Source of the DNA: Tubulanus polymorphus
Taxonomy: Eukaryota > Animalia > Nemertea
Assembly: GCF_964204645.1 (NCBI RefSeq)
Contig: NC_134033.1
Location: 3,930,231-3,994,230, forward strand
Direction: 5' to 3'
DNA: 64,000 bases
The notes below the pieces were generated by a model, which did no database searches, was not told the DNA's origin, and worked only from the letters and a program-made list of their open reading frames with translations. Positions 24,896-34,759 of the stretch are shown here, piece after piece (within the stretch, counting starts at the first letter, position 1; every line of letters begins with the position of its first letter). A program made the translations under genes and the position numbers.

Positions 24896-27800
24896 CTAGT
24901 CGTCTCTTTCTCGACGTCTCTTCTTATTTTTACGAGTTTTTCGCTTCACTTTAGCGGCATGGTCATCCCAATAGGCTCGAATGATTTCAGGAGGCAGGTT
25001 TTCGGCTGGCTCAAACGTGTTCTCATTATCGTCATAGCCAACCCATTTTATAAGATATTTCAGAATGCCTTTCTCTTTTTTGTGACGAATCACTCGTTCT
25101 ACATAATAGATTGGCTCAACCGGATTCGCAGGCTGATTTTGATCGCCCGGATCATCCGGTGCGAGGACAGGCCCCTCCTCAGGTTGATCCCCGTCCTCCC
25201 TGTCAATAGGTGGATTCTCAGGTATGTCGTCCTCGAGCGGCCTAATGTCCGTTGAAAAGAAATGCTTCATTCTATTACAATGTACTGGGACGGCCAACTC
25301 TTGATTCCTCTCATTCTCCAAAATGAAAGATACAGGAGAAATCTGTCGGACAATTCGATAAGGGCCCGTCCATTGATGAAGCAATTTCTTACTAAGCCTC
25401 TTTATTTTCTTTGGAGTGAATAGCAACACTTGATCACCTACTGCGAAATTTGGGGGAACGGCAGTCCTGTCGAAACGTTCCTTCATCTTCTCCTGCGCCT
25501 TTTTGATATTAGCATTGGCCAACTTCCTGGCCTCTTTTAACTTTGGCAACATTGCTTGGACAAAGCCTCCCGCATCAAAGTAAACGTCCCTCGGATTAAG
25601 TAAAGCAACGTCCATCGGCAACCTCGGTTCTCGGCCATACATGAGGTAGAATGGCGAGTATTGCGACGTATCCGAAGCTGGACTTACCCGATATGCAAAT
25701 AGAATGGGGTAAAGGTATTCGTCCCAATCGGTTTGGCGTTCATTGCAGTACATGCTCAGAGCCTTAACAATCACAAGATTCATGTGCTCGACTTGTCCCT
25801 GAGTTTGTGGTCTATACGCACTGGACCGTGCCCGTGGCGTATTACATAGCCGCGAAACCTCGCTGACTAATTTACTCAGGAAATTTGTTCCGCGATCGCT
25901 CTGCAAAACAGAGGGCGCCCCATGGCGACAAATGATTTGTTCATAAAAGATCGTAGCGACCGTCGTGGCTTCTTGATTAGTCATAGCAAAAGCTTCAACC
26001 CACTTTGTAAGATAGTCGACAAAGACCAATATGTATTTATTTCCCGAGTCCGTTGTTGGAAAAGGACCACAGACATCCATTGAGACTCTATCCCACGGCC
26101 CTGTGACAGCTATGGGGTTAACCGGGGCCCTAATGGGCTTCCCTGGCTGATTCTTAGTCGCACAGTCCTTACAGGATTTAATCCAATTTTCAACGTCTCG
26201 ATACATACCATGCCATTAATACCTTGCTCGCAAGGTTTCGTAGGTCCGTTTGTGACCCAAGTGACCGCCAGTCATTGAATCATGACCAGCCTCTAACATT
26301 TCCGCATACATACTTTTAGGTATGACCAACTGACGAGGCCCATCAGCCTCAATTTTCTTTTTAGAGTCCACATGGTAAAGAACTCCATCATCGTCAACAA
26401 AGAAGTAGTCTGACTGCAAAATAATTCTCCGGGCTTCCTTGTCGTCATCTGGCAAGGTACCATCAAGTAAATAGTCTATAAGACACACTAATTGTAAATC
26501 AGACCGCTGGAGCTCGCCCATGTTGACGGGTACAGGCCACTCATTGTCAGCCTCGAGAGCACACGTGTCGATAGTGTCTTCCATACTATCAGAGATGGGA
26601 TACGGGCGACGAGAGAGCCCATCGGCGTTCCCGTTTGCCTTGCCTGGACGATGCGATATGGAGTAGTCAAATTGCTCTAAGTAGAGTGCAATACGGCCAA
26701 CACGACCCGAAAGTGTTTTCATGGTCTGAAGATACCGTAAGCAACTGTGGTCTGTGATAATCTCAAAATGATATCCCCGTAAGTAGGGTTCAAACTTTTT
26801 GACTCCTGCTGCAACAGCTAAGAGTTCACGGTCCGTTGTAGAATAATTTTTCTCCGCTTTATTCAATCCTCGCCCCGCATATGCAATTGCTCTTTCTTGC
26901 CCATCCTGGACCTGCGCCAGGACCATGCCGATACCTTCATCGGAGGCATCAGTATATAATAAAAATGGCGATGCCCCATAAATGGGGAAGGCCAATACTG
27001 GGGCTTCGAGCATCGCTTGCTTAAGGGTGTCGAAAGCCTGTTGACAAGAAGCGTCCCATCTATACGGCACGCCTTTCTTAGTCAACTGGTGTAAGGGGGC
27101 CGCCATAGTGCTGTAACCTTTACAAAAACGCCGATAATAATTGGTGAACCCCAGAAAACTTCGTAGTTCTTTTAAAGTCGTGGGGACAGGCCATTCCTGT
27201 ACGGCTGCTACCTTTTCCGGGTCAGTAGCGATCCCGTCCTTAGATATTCGATGCCCAAGGAAGTCAATGGTTTTGACAGCAAACCGACATTTCTTGGGAT
27301 TTAGGCGAAGGCCTGACTCACGAAATCGATCGAAAATTTGAGCCAGGTGAATTAAATGACCATCAAAAGAATTCGAGTAACAGATAATATCGTCCAAATA
27401 TACTAGACAAAATTTCCCAACCAAGACTCTCAGCAGACCACCAGTCAACCGCTGAAAGGTAGATGGCGCCGATTTCAGACCAAATGGGAGTACCTTAAAT
27501 TCCAAAAGAGACGACTGTGTTATAAAAGCAGTCTTATCCCTACTGGCCTCGTCAACTTCAACTTGCCAGTAGCCACTCAGAAAATCAAGTGAGCTAAAGA
27601 ATGTAGGTGCCGCTTGACCAACCTGAGCCAAGAGATCATCGATTCTAGGCAGGGGAAAAGAGTCTGAACGGGTGACAGCATTCAATCCCCGATAGTCAAC
27701 ACAGAATCTCCACTTGACATCTCCGTCCGGGCTCTTTTTCCGAACGAGAACGACCGGGGCAGCCCATGGGCTAGTACTATGCTGTACTATCCCCATGTCT

Positions 27801-29992
27801 AACATCTGTTTGACATGCGTGTCAATAACTTCTTGCATGGCCGGAGAGGCTCTATAAGGCCTTTTCCGAATTGGGGCCGCGTCCCCTGTGTCAATGACGT
27901 GTTTGACTAAGTCAGTTTTACCAAGTTCGTCCGGTGTTCGTGCAAAAATGTCCCGATACGATCGTATTAGTTCAAGAAGTTCCGCTTTCTGTGATACAGA
28001 AAGGTCCGAGTCTGACATATCTATTTCCGGTATCCCAATGTCAGCAGATGTCTGAGGGTAGTCCACATGTGTGACAGACACCTCTGGAGGTCGGGTCAGC
28101 TGTCCCGAATTCCCTTCATTCTTCAGGGATTGGTCAAGTGACCACCCATCTGTCCATAAGTGGCCAAGACACATATCCTCATAGAGGGTGACATGTCGTG
28201 ATGTGGGATTCATGACCCGAACCGGAATGCCTGATTGCGTAACGTCGACAACTGACCTTGCACTCATAAGATCATGTGCCCTTAATTGATTTGCCGGCTC
28301 AAAGACTGCCACCGATGCTTGTGTCCTGTCAATCGAGTACTTTCCGTCTATGATGGCCTCACACGAGGGGGGAATGACAGTCATTCGCGTAACCTTGACG
28401 GACGAAGATTTGCCCAAATTGACAGTATTGTTGAAGTAAATTGCATCGGCCCCTGGTAACAAAAGGGCCTTTCTTGCATAATCAATAACTGCCTGGTTTT
28501 GTTCCAAGAAATCAGCTCCAAGAATTACATCGGACGTGATACCGTCTACCACGTACATAGAGTGCGTAATTTCCAAATTGCCTAACACAAAATCCACACA
28601 AATAACTCCTCTCAGGTCAAATTTAGTTCCATCTACCCCACGGGCAGATTGGAATTGACCGACCTGCAAAGGGCCATTTGATATCTGAGGATGAGTCGTA
28701 AAATAATCGTTCGATAATACAGATATTTCGGCGCCCGTGTCGATCAAAATACTTAACGGTGTCCCCGAATGGCTACCTGTCACTCGGTTAGCGACAGTTG
28801 CCATGATCGACGGGGAATAAACCTCTTGTTCAATAGCATTATTCTGACTAGAAAGAGACCATATGTCGTTGGTTGGCGTGTTACCTAACGTCGTCGTAAT
28901 AGGTGGAAGTTGTTCCTGATAGTGAATAGTAGGTTGAAACTCGGAGTTCGAATCTCCTATTCCAACATTGTCGTTGGTTGGCATAATCGGTTCAGACGTG
29001 GGGACAACCTGACCTCTGTCCTGTGCGTTGGACATTTCATTACTGATTGGTTGATGAAAACCGCTGGTATTCGAGGTGACAGGACGATCCCGTTCTTTTT
29101 CGAATAACTGACAACAATTTTTTTTTGTTGACACCTGATTTGATACATTTGATACGACAGTCTCCGTATCATGATGATCATTACGACATTCCGACCGTGA
29201 ACTTTTATTACTTAAATCAACTGACACTAGGTCACATTGTACCGCTGATTCGGAAGTTACCGGGTACTTATATTGATCAAGAGTGCGTTCGTGACAATTC
29301 AATTGAGACTTCTTATCTCTAAAAAGGTCATCTTCTGCCGAATCCGTCGGACCATTAACCCCTCTAGAGTGTGACCTATCAACACTAATATTGTCACCCG
29401 AGCACGCCATATCTGCACGTACCTCCTGCAATTCAACCGGATCGCTAAATGTGACCCTCCTGTGTCTCTTTACAGGCTCTCTAGTAACCGACAACTGGGA
29501 ATTATTCATCCAGCTGTCCTCAAAATTGGATCCCCGATCCATATAAAAATTTCCATCAAACGACAACTGGGTATTGTCCCTCCAGCTGTCCCCAAAGTTA
29601 CGATCTTGAATGTCATAAACGTCATCGGCACCCCATGAATGAGTGTGATAATCAATAAACTTATTTAAATGTATAGGTTCATTTTCATCTAAGTAATCTA
29701 CATTACAGTTCCCCTCAGGTTCAAAATAAAGAGAAAATGAGTCAGCTAGCATGTTGCCCTGATCAAATGACATGTCGAATATATCATCCCTATCGTCCTC
29801 AAAATAATCATCAACATCATTAAAAATATAATCGTCGATTACAGGACTGTCATCGTCATATCTATGATATGAATATGAGTCGTCCCACCAAAAATCACTC
29901 CTTATCGCCGAATCGGGCGAGGGCTCTGTTGACCATTCATTGCGCGACCCCACCCTTGTCGGTCCATAGGATGAGGTCCCCGGTCGTTTCCC
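24896..29992 (-). CDS. pol: Pol polyprotein: long acidic N-terminal region, aspartic protease, RT, RNase H, integrase, chromodomain; in-frame TAA at 26218-26216
   Basis: LIDTGAEISVL (protease); WRFCVDYRGLN, LPFGL and YLDD (RT); LYTDASD and ITDH (RNase H); HDSMTGGHLG...CKDC plus the DDE core (integrase); YYVERV...YLIKWVGYDDNENTFEP (chromodomain). ORFs 29953-26216 and 26206-24896 share a frame across RY*WHGMY. Confidence 0.95.
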
Positions 29993-31061
29993 TGACTAAA
30001 TGTTCGATTAGCCCCTTGGGAACCACGTCCAATATTCTGTGACCGAAACTGGCCCCGACCATAGTTCTGGGGACGGCGATTATCACGCTGAAATGCGTCC
30101 CGGTTTGGCGAGACCCGCGACCTTTGTTGGTCGTAACGCCAAGTTGGACAATTCCTGGCGTAATGACCGGGGGCGTGACATTGGTAGCACACCACCTGCC
30201 CATCTTGCGACCGTTGTGATGGACGGTTCTCGCTATAATAAGTACCCCTATCATCCCGCTGAGTTCGGGTAGACTTTTGTGTGTCCATGATTTGGCGGAA
30301 CATGTCCCGTAGCTCGTCATGACATCCCCTATCGCCTTATTTGGTTCGGTCCCAATTTGCGATATCTTGGGAGACGACAGGGCCTTTCGTTGTTCGATAT
30401 GTTCAGCCATTATGGCTGCCTCCCATGCATCCCTAAAAGTTGTTGGACGTTGCGACAACAGATAGACTGAAATGTCAGGCCGAGAGTTATTGATCAATAA
30501 CATCTTTTTCTGGTGGTCCGAGAACTTCAAACTTGAGGCCACCCGATCAATTTCCTCCGCAAACCTATCGACCGGTTGCGTTTCCCCCTGTCGCATTGTC
30601 GTCAAGGCCGACTCCTTGACCAAGGCCCACGAGGTAGGGCTAAATTGCGTGCAAAATGCATGGACAATATGCTCCCAGGGAGTGGTAATTTTTGTGCCGG
30701 TCGAATCGGTCGCCTGATCAATGCGGAGGTCATTGAATAGAACTAGGGCTGGGCCAGCCAAAAACCAATACAACTGTTTCTTTTTGGCATTTTCGTCCCA
30801 GCCTCTCAGATCGGCCAAACGATTGAACCCTCTGAACCAATCAGAGACGCACTGACTGTCTCGTCCTGTAAATTTCGGGAGCATGGAAAAGTTCATAAAC
30901 GCGGTGGCCGTGTCCACCTGTTCGCGTAAGCCCGAGAGGGCCTCTAAAACCGTGCCATTGCTAATTGGGGGGTGACCCTGTGGGCTCCCTCCTGTAGAGG
31001 TTTGCCCCTGCAAGCCACCCGCATCGTCCGACCCGTATGTTGTCCCGCTTCTAGTTGCCAT
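29902..31061 (-). CDS. gag: Gag (capsid plus CCHC nucleocapsid) with an apparent 1-nt deletion near 30318
   Basis: Retrotransposon gag-like motifs (LPKFTG, WDENAKK, MRQGETQPVDRF) lie in ORF 31061-29937. The zinc knuckle CYQCHAPGHYARNC and an RG-rich tail lie in ORF 30303-29902. Restoring one G (ATG GAC GAG CTA CGG) fuses them into ~386 aa. Confidence 0.88.
29947..29992 (-). promoter_or_regulatory. -1 programmed ribosomal frameshift signal (gag-pol)
   Basis: Slippery heptamer G GGA AAC (29992-29986) in the gag frame, a 7-nt spacer, then an 11-bp stem GACCTCATCCT/AGGGTGGGGTC. The -1 frame is open into pol (GKRPGTSSYGPTRVGSRNEW). Confidence 0.8.
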
Positions 31062-31119
31062 TTTCTAAACCAGAGTAATCAAATTATTATTATTCCTACG
31101 ATGATGCTACTTTTAAATT

Positions 31120-31917
31120 CTAAACCTGATCCTGGCGATCAGCCCAACAAAGTAGGTTATCCCAAGTACGGGCAACCTCCTCCACCGTAATCTCTTCCCT
31201 TAAAAATGACGAAAGAATGTCATCAATCTCCTCAAAAATCCACGAAGTGCAAGGGCCAAGGGCAGACTGACTTTCAGAAAATCGGCCTATACCCCCGCTG
31301 GGCGACAGATCCAACGATTGGTCACCCGCAGACGCACCTAAGGACAGGTCTACTGGAAAACTTTGGACAGGTGCGCCCAAATGTCCGCCCAACAGTTGGC
31401 CCGCTACAGGCGTAACAATTGCTAATGGTCTGTTTAAAGATCGAGTTGCAGACAGGTCTGCCGGTTGCTCTGAGTCGAACTGATCAATCCCTATAGGTGA
31501 ACCAGGCGGCACCGAACAACAGCATGAAAAGCTTGAGTCGCTGGAACCGGTTGATCCAGCTGATGACGGCGGCCGTGTGAAAGGTTCACCAGTCCGTATC
31601 GAGCTATTTCGGTTCGAATCCGTACCCGAAGGACTTAGGGGCGGAGAAGGGGTCACTGAAGACGAGCAAGTACAATTTACCTGGTCCTGAAAAACCGCTA
31701 ACGTTGGGCACTCACAATACAAACAACTATCCAAAAAGTCAAAGTCTGAAGACTGAGAAGTTGGAGTCCCAGCACTGGTCCCAGGGGAAGCAGTTATGAT
31801 GGTAGGTGTTGCGGGTGCTAAACTCACAGTAGTGAGACACCTTTTTCGGGGTAGTGTACTCCAATAACCAGTGCTACGACGTTTGTTTGTGCACCTTACC
31901 GGAATCGACCCCGACAT
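31120..31917 (-). CDS. Accessory ORF3 of the retroelement (265 aa, Ser/Pro-rich, three PxDLS-like motifs, acidic C-terminal helix)
   Basis: Intact ATG-initiated ORF on the element sense strand, bounded by AT-rich spacers, directly upstream of gag. Contains PADLS, PVDLS and SLDLS. Confidence 0.6.
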   Translation of the reverse strand: MSGSIPVRCTNKRRSTGYWSTLPRKRCLTTVSLAPATPTIITASPGTSAGTPTSQSSDFDFLDSCLYCECPTLAVFQDQVNCTCSSSVTPSPPLSPSGTDSNRNSSIRTGEPFTRPPSSAGSTGSSDSSFSCCCSVPPGSPIGIDQFDSEQPADLSATRSLNRPLAIVTPVAGQLLGGHLGAPVQSFPVDLSLGASAGDQSLDLSPSGGIGRFSESQSALGPCTSWIFEEIDDILSSFLREEITVEEVARTWDNLLCWADRQDQV

Positions 31918-32009
31918 TAACGTACTAACTTACAAATAATAATCACCAAAAAGAAAATTATACAATTCGAGTTTAATTGCTTATTATAATTTCAATAAAT
32001 AACCCCAAT

Positions 32010-32450
32010 TTAATCAAAGTAGCTGTATATTCGCGACTTATCAGCCAACAATACGTTATGGTCAGGGATAGCACATAAACTGAAATCCCCCTGATCCCAG
32101 GTAGACGTATAAGTATTAAGCCCGCTGGGTGGAGGGTTCGAATCCCTCAGAGTCTGTCCGACCGCTCCGTCGTTATTGGTACCCTTTGTGCTGAGTGGGT
32201 TTGAATCCCACAGTGGCTGTTCAACAGCTCTGTCGTTGGTAATACCCTTGATGCTAAGTGGGTTCGAATCCCACAGTGGCTGTTCAGCAGCTCTGTTGTT
32301 AGTGGTCCCCTTGGTGCTAAGTGGGTTCGAATCCCACAGTGGCTCCCTTAAATGAGCTGGTACCTCCCAACTAGACTTGGGGACTGGGGCAAGCGTGTGC
32401 GTCTTGGACACCGTTGCCCCACAGTAACCACGCCTCAACCCAGCTGACAT
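32010..32450 (-). CDS. Accessory ORF2 (146 aa, 4 x 21-aa L[WR]DSNP repeats)
   Basis: Intact ORF with a 63-bp in-frame repeat. Shares WEVPAHLREPLWDSNP with FEIPVEFREPLWDLNP of ORF1. Confidence 0.55.
   Translation of the reverse strand: MSAGLRRGYCGATVSKTHTLAPVPKSSWEVPAHLREPLWDSNPLSTKGTTNNRAAEQPLWDSNPLSIKGITNDRAVEQPLWDSNPLSTKGTNNDGAVGQTLRDSNPPPSGLNTYTSTWDQGDFSLCAIPDHNVLLADKSRIYSYFD
32132..32337 (+). repeat. Four tRNA T-arm/B-box palindromes at exact 63-bp spacing
   Basis: gagggttcgaatccctc 32132, gtgggtttgaatcccac 32195, gtgggttcgaatcccac 32258 and 32321. Confidence 0.92.
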
Positions 32451-32544
32451 GTATCAATCACAAACAACACCAAATATTTTTCACAAATAACAATCAGGCA
32501 ATCATAAAGTTAACAATTGACTGGTACTATAAGACCCCCTTAGT

Positions 32545-33201
32545 CTATGCTGGACAAAGGAAATAGCCGTCAGCGTCTTTATCACCAAAGAACAACTCGG
32601 CCGGGTTTGCAAAATCACGAACAAAATGTGCCCAAAATGGGTCGAATTTCTCGGGCACTTTCACTGGCTTTACCCTTTGCCGGCGTTCGAGAGGGTTTGA
32701 ATCCCTCGAGGTGATCGAAGCTTCGCGCTGAGTGTCGGTCGGGTTAGAATCCCGTAAAGGCTCAGCAGATACGGCCAAAGTCAGCAGTGGGTTCGAATCC
32801 CACAACGGCTCCCGATACTCTTCCGGGATTTCAAATGGCTGTGCACCTCTGGGGTTCGAATCCCGCAGTGTCTCAACAGGGTCGACCGGAGTTGGCAGTG
32901 GGTTCAAATCCCACAATGGTTCCCGAAACTCGACCGGAATTTCAAATGGCTGTGCACCTCTGGGGTTCGAATCCCGCAGTGTCTCAACAGGGTCGACCGG
33001 AGTTGGCAGTGGGTTCAAATCCCACAATGGTTCCCGAAACTCGACCGGAATTTCAAACGGTTTGGTATTAGGTGGGTTCGACCCCCACAATTTCTTTTTG
33101 TATGTTGAGTTGGTTGTAGTGCGGCGCTTCTTAGAGAATGCGTTCCTCGCACCACAGTGGGAGCATACGAAGATATGAACCATTTGAACAAAACTAAACA
33201 A
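32545..33201 (-). CDS. Accessory ORF1 (218 aa, or 212 aa from the ATG at 33183; N-terminal CxxC, basic patch, 8 DSNP-type repeats)
   Basis: First ORF after the PBS. Contains CSHC and KKRR; repeat periods of 48 and 63 bp are multiples of three. Confidence 0.55.
   Translation of the reverse strand: MFSFVQMVHIFVCSHCGARNAFSKKRRTTTNSTYKKKLWGSNPPNTKPFEIPVEFREPLWDLNPLPTPVDPVETLRDSNPRGAQPFEIPVEFREPLWDLNPLPTPVDPVETLRDSNPRGAQPFEIPEEYREPLWDSNPLLTLAVSAEPLRDSNPTDTQREASITSRDSNPLERRQRVKPVKVPEKFDPFWAHFVRDFANPAELFFGDKDADGYFLCPA
32691..33088 (+). repeat. Eight tRNA T-arm/B-box palindromes with 48/63-bp spacing (111-bp higher-order repeat)
   Basis: Motif starts at 32691, 32739, 32787, 32850, 32898, 32961, 33009 and 33072; core GGGTTCRAATCCC. 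Confidence 0.92.
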
Positions 33202-33240
33202 TTAATGTAAAAAGTTTATCGTAAACCGAAGATTATTGAT

Positions 33241-33259
33241 ATCCCGGGTTTCGGCACCA
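33241..33259 (-). promoter_or_regulatory. Primer-binding site for tRNA-Phe(GAA)
   Basis: Minus strand TGGTGCCGAAACCCGGGAT, 1 nt inside the 5' LTR boundary. Complementary to the 3' end of eukaryotic tRNA-Phe (...ATCCCGGGTTTCGGCACCA). Confidence 0.93.
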
Positions 33260-33260
33260 A

Positions 33261-34528
33261 TGATACACCGGTCACAATCCTCTCCTTAATCGTTGAATAT
33301 AAAAACGTAAAGATCGGTCCCTGGCGAGAGAACGTGTCCGTGCACAAACCCAAATAATTAAACTAAAATGCCGAAATTCTGATTGAATATAATAATAATA
33401 AAATGGATTTTATTTACCTTGATAATAGTAATATCTCCAGATAGTACACAGTCCAATTCCTAACTCCAAATTCCTATTGTACACTACTGTTGGTAACCCG
33501 TCCTAATTCTGGTATTTCCACCCAAATCTCAAGTATCTTTAACGAGCGTCCCTGGTAAGTCTGCTTTCTCAAGACTGCGGGCCTCTTTTATGGAAAAGAT
33601 CGGCATTCCTAGAATGCCGACTCTCCCGTTCGACTTTTGGCAAGGAGCAGCAACCTAGCTGTCATGACGGTTTTGGACATGTAGAATTAGCCTTAATGAT
33701 TCGCTAATCTAAAATTATTTGAGAAACTGATTTGCCAAAGTAACTTTTCTTTCCAACCCTCCTGTCATAACGCGCTTTGATTTACTCACTCCCTACTCAT
33801 CATCGTTGAGAGAGCAGCTATTCTCTACGAGTTACCAACAGACATGTACACCAACAGAAACCTTAGAGAGCTAGTATTGATATTTGCCACAATTAAACTT
33901 CCATAAAACTTAAGCGATTATAAAGGTCTTGTCCTTAATTAACATCCAGGATACTTAATTTAGATATATTTTCAAAACTTAGTTTTCACCTAGATTATGG
34001 AACAAACTCATCGTTTCTTTTTCCAATCAACAATAGTAAACTTTTGATTCAGAAATACAATGTAATTAATTATCAAATCTAAAATCATTCTATACTTATT
34101 ATACCAATTTTCATTTATAATTTAACTAACTCTATAATACTACAGGATAAAGCAAAACAACCATGTCTCCCTATACTTCCGGTTCTTCCTTTTATAGAAA
34201 GTAGTCGGGAGTATCAAGAAGTAACAGCGAGATCCCTGCACAAACCACACTATCAAAGCACCTCATCGTTCCGACCCAACCAATTTATACGTCTATCCTT
34301 AAGTTTTTAAAAATAATTCTGAATGTTTGCCAGATATCGACGCACAAGAACCGAGGAAGAATTATTTTTACCCCTGGCTGATTTATTGTCAGCGCTGGTA
34401 GATCAAAGCATCAAACAACAACTTGCACACATCGTTTGCTGTCTGATACCCATAAAGAAACCACCAACGTAAACAAAAACCATCATTACAAACATTTTTT
34501 AGTTACTACGGAATCTTGCTGCGGATCA
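33261..34528 (-). repeat. 5' LTR (1268 bp)
   Basis: Direct repeat of 19469-20729, adjacent to the PBS and followed by the GTAC TSD. Confidence 0.97.
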
Positions 34529-34532
34529 GTAC

Positions 34533-34759
34533 ACACCTATTCGTCGGACCTCCCGGACGACATGGCGAGGATGCTAGCTATTCAACACAACGCCGTGCAC
34601 GAGAAATACCTGCCAGCTACATTCGCGGATCAGGTGTTAACCTGTCGGCGATGCCTGTATCACCACGCTGGCAGGACTGACTTGGAGGGTGACACTCCGA
34701 ACGATCCCGAAATCGTTAAACGATGGAAAAAAGGGCTCGAAACAGTGTATCAGTTGAAT
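34533..34759 (+). CDS. 3' part of ParB-like exon 9
   Basis: HTYSSDLPDDMARMLAIQHNAVHEKYLPATFADQVLTCRRCL resembles the ParB segment l.d.ea..lal.eN...l...e. Donor gtgagt at 34760. Confidence 0.8.

Larger units (their letters stand above)
19469..34528 (-). mobile_element. Full-length env-bearing Ty3/gypsy (Metaviridae-like) LTR retroelement, 15,060 bp
   Basis: Two ~1.26-kb direct repeats with TGAT...ATCA termini, 4-bp TSD GTAC (19465-19468 and 34529-34532), PBS, PPT, gag, pol in PR-RT-RH-IN order with a chromodomain, and env. Confidence 0.98.

Noticed and set aside
22493-31415. Numerous + strand ORFs within env, pol and gag
   Set aside because: Antisense shadows of long coding frames with no recognisable motifs.
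31715-31735. LxCxE Rb-binding motif in ORF3 (CLYCEC)
   Set aside because: The spacing is L-Y-C-E, not L-x-C-x-E.
32132-33088. CRISPR-like array (palindromic repeats with 31/46-nt spacers)
   Set aside because: The spacers are copies of one another, the periods are multiples of three inside ORFs, there are no cas genes, and the context is eukaryotic.
32132-33088. Cluster of real tRNA genes
   Set aside because: Only the T-arm is present. I found no A box, anticodon arm or acceptor stem, and the spacing is shorter than a tRNA.
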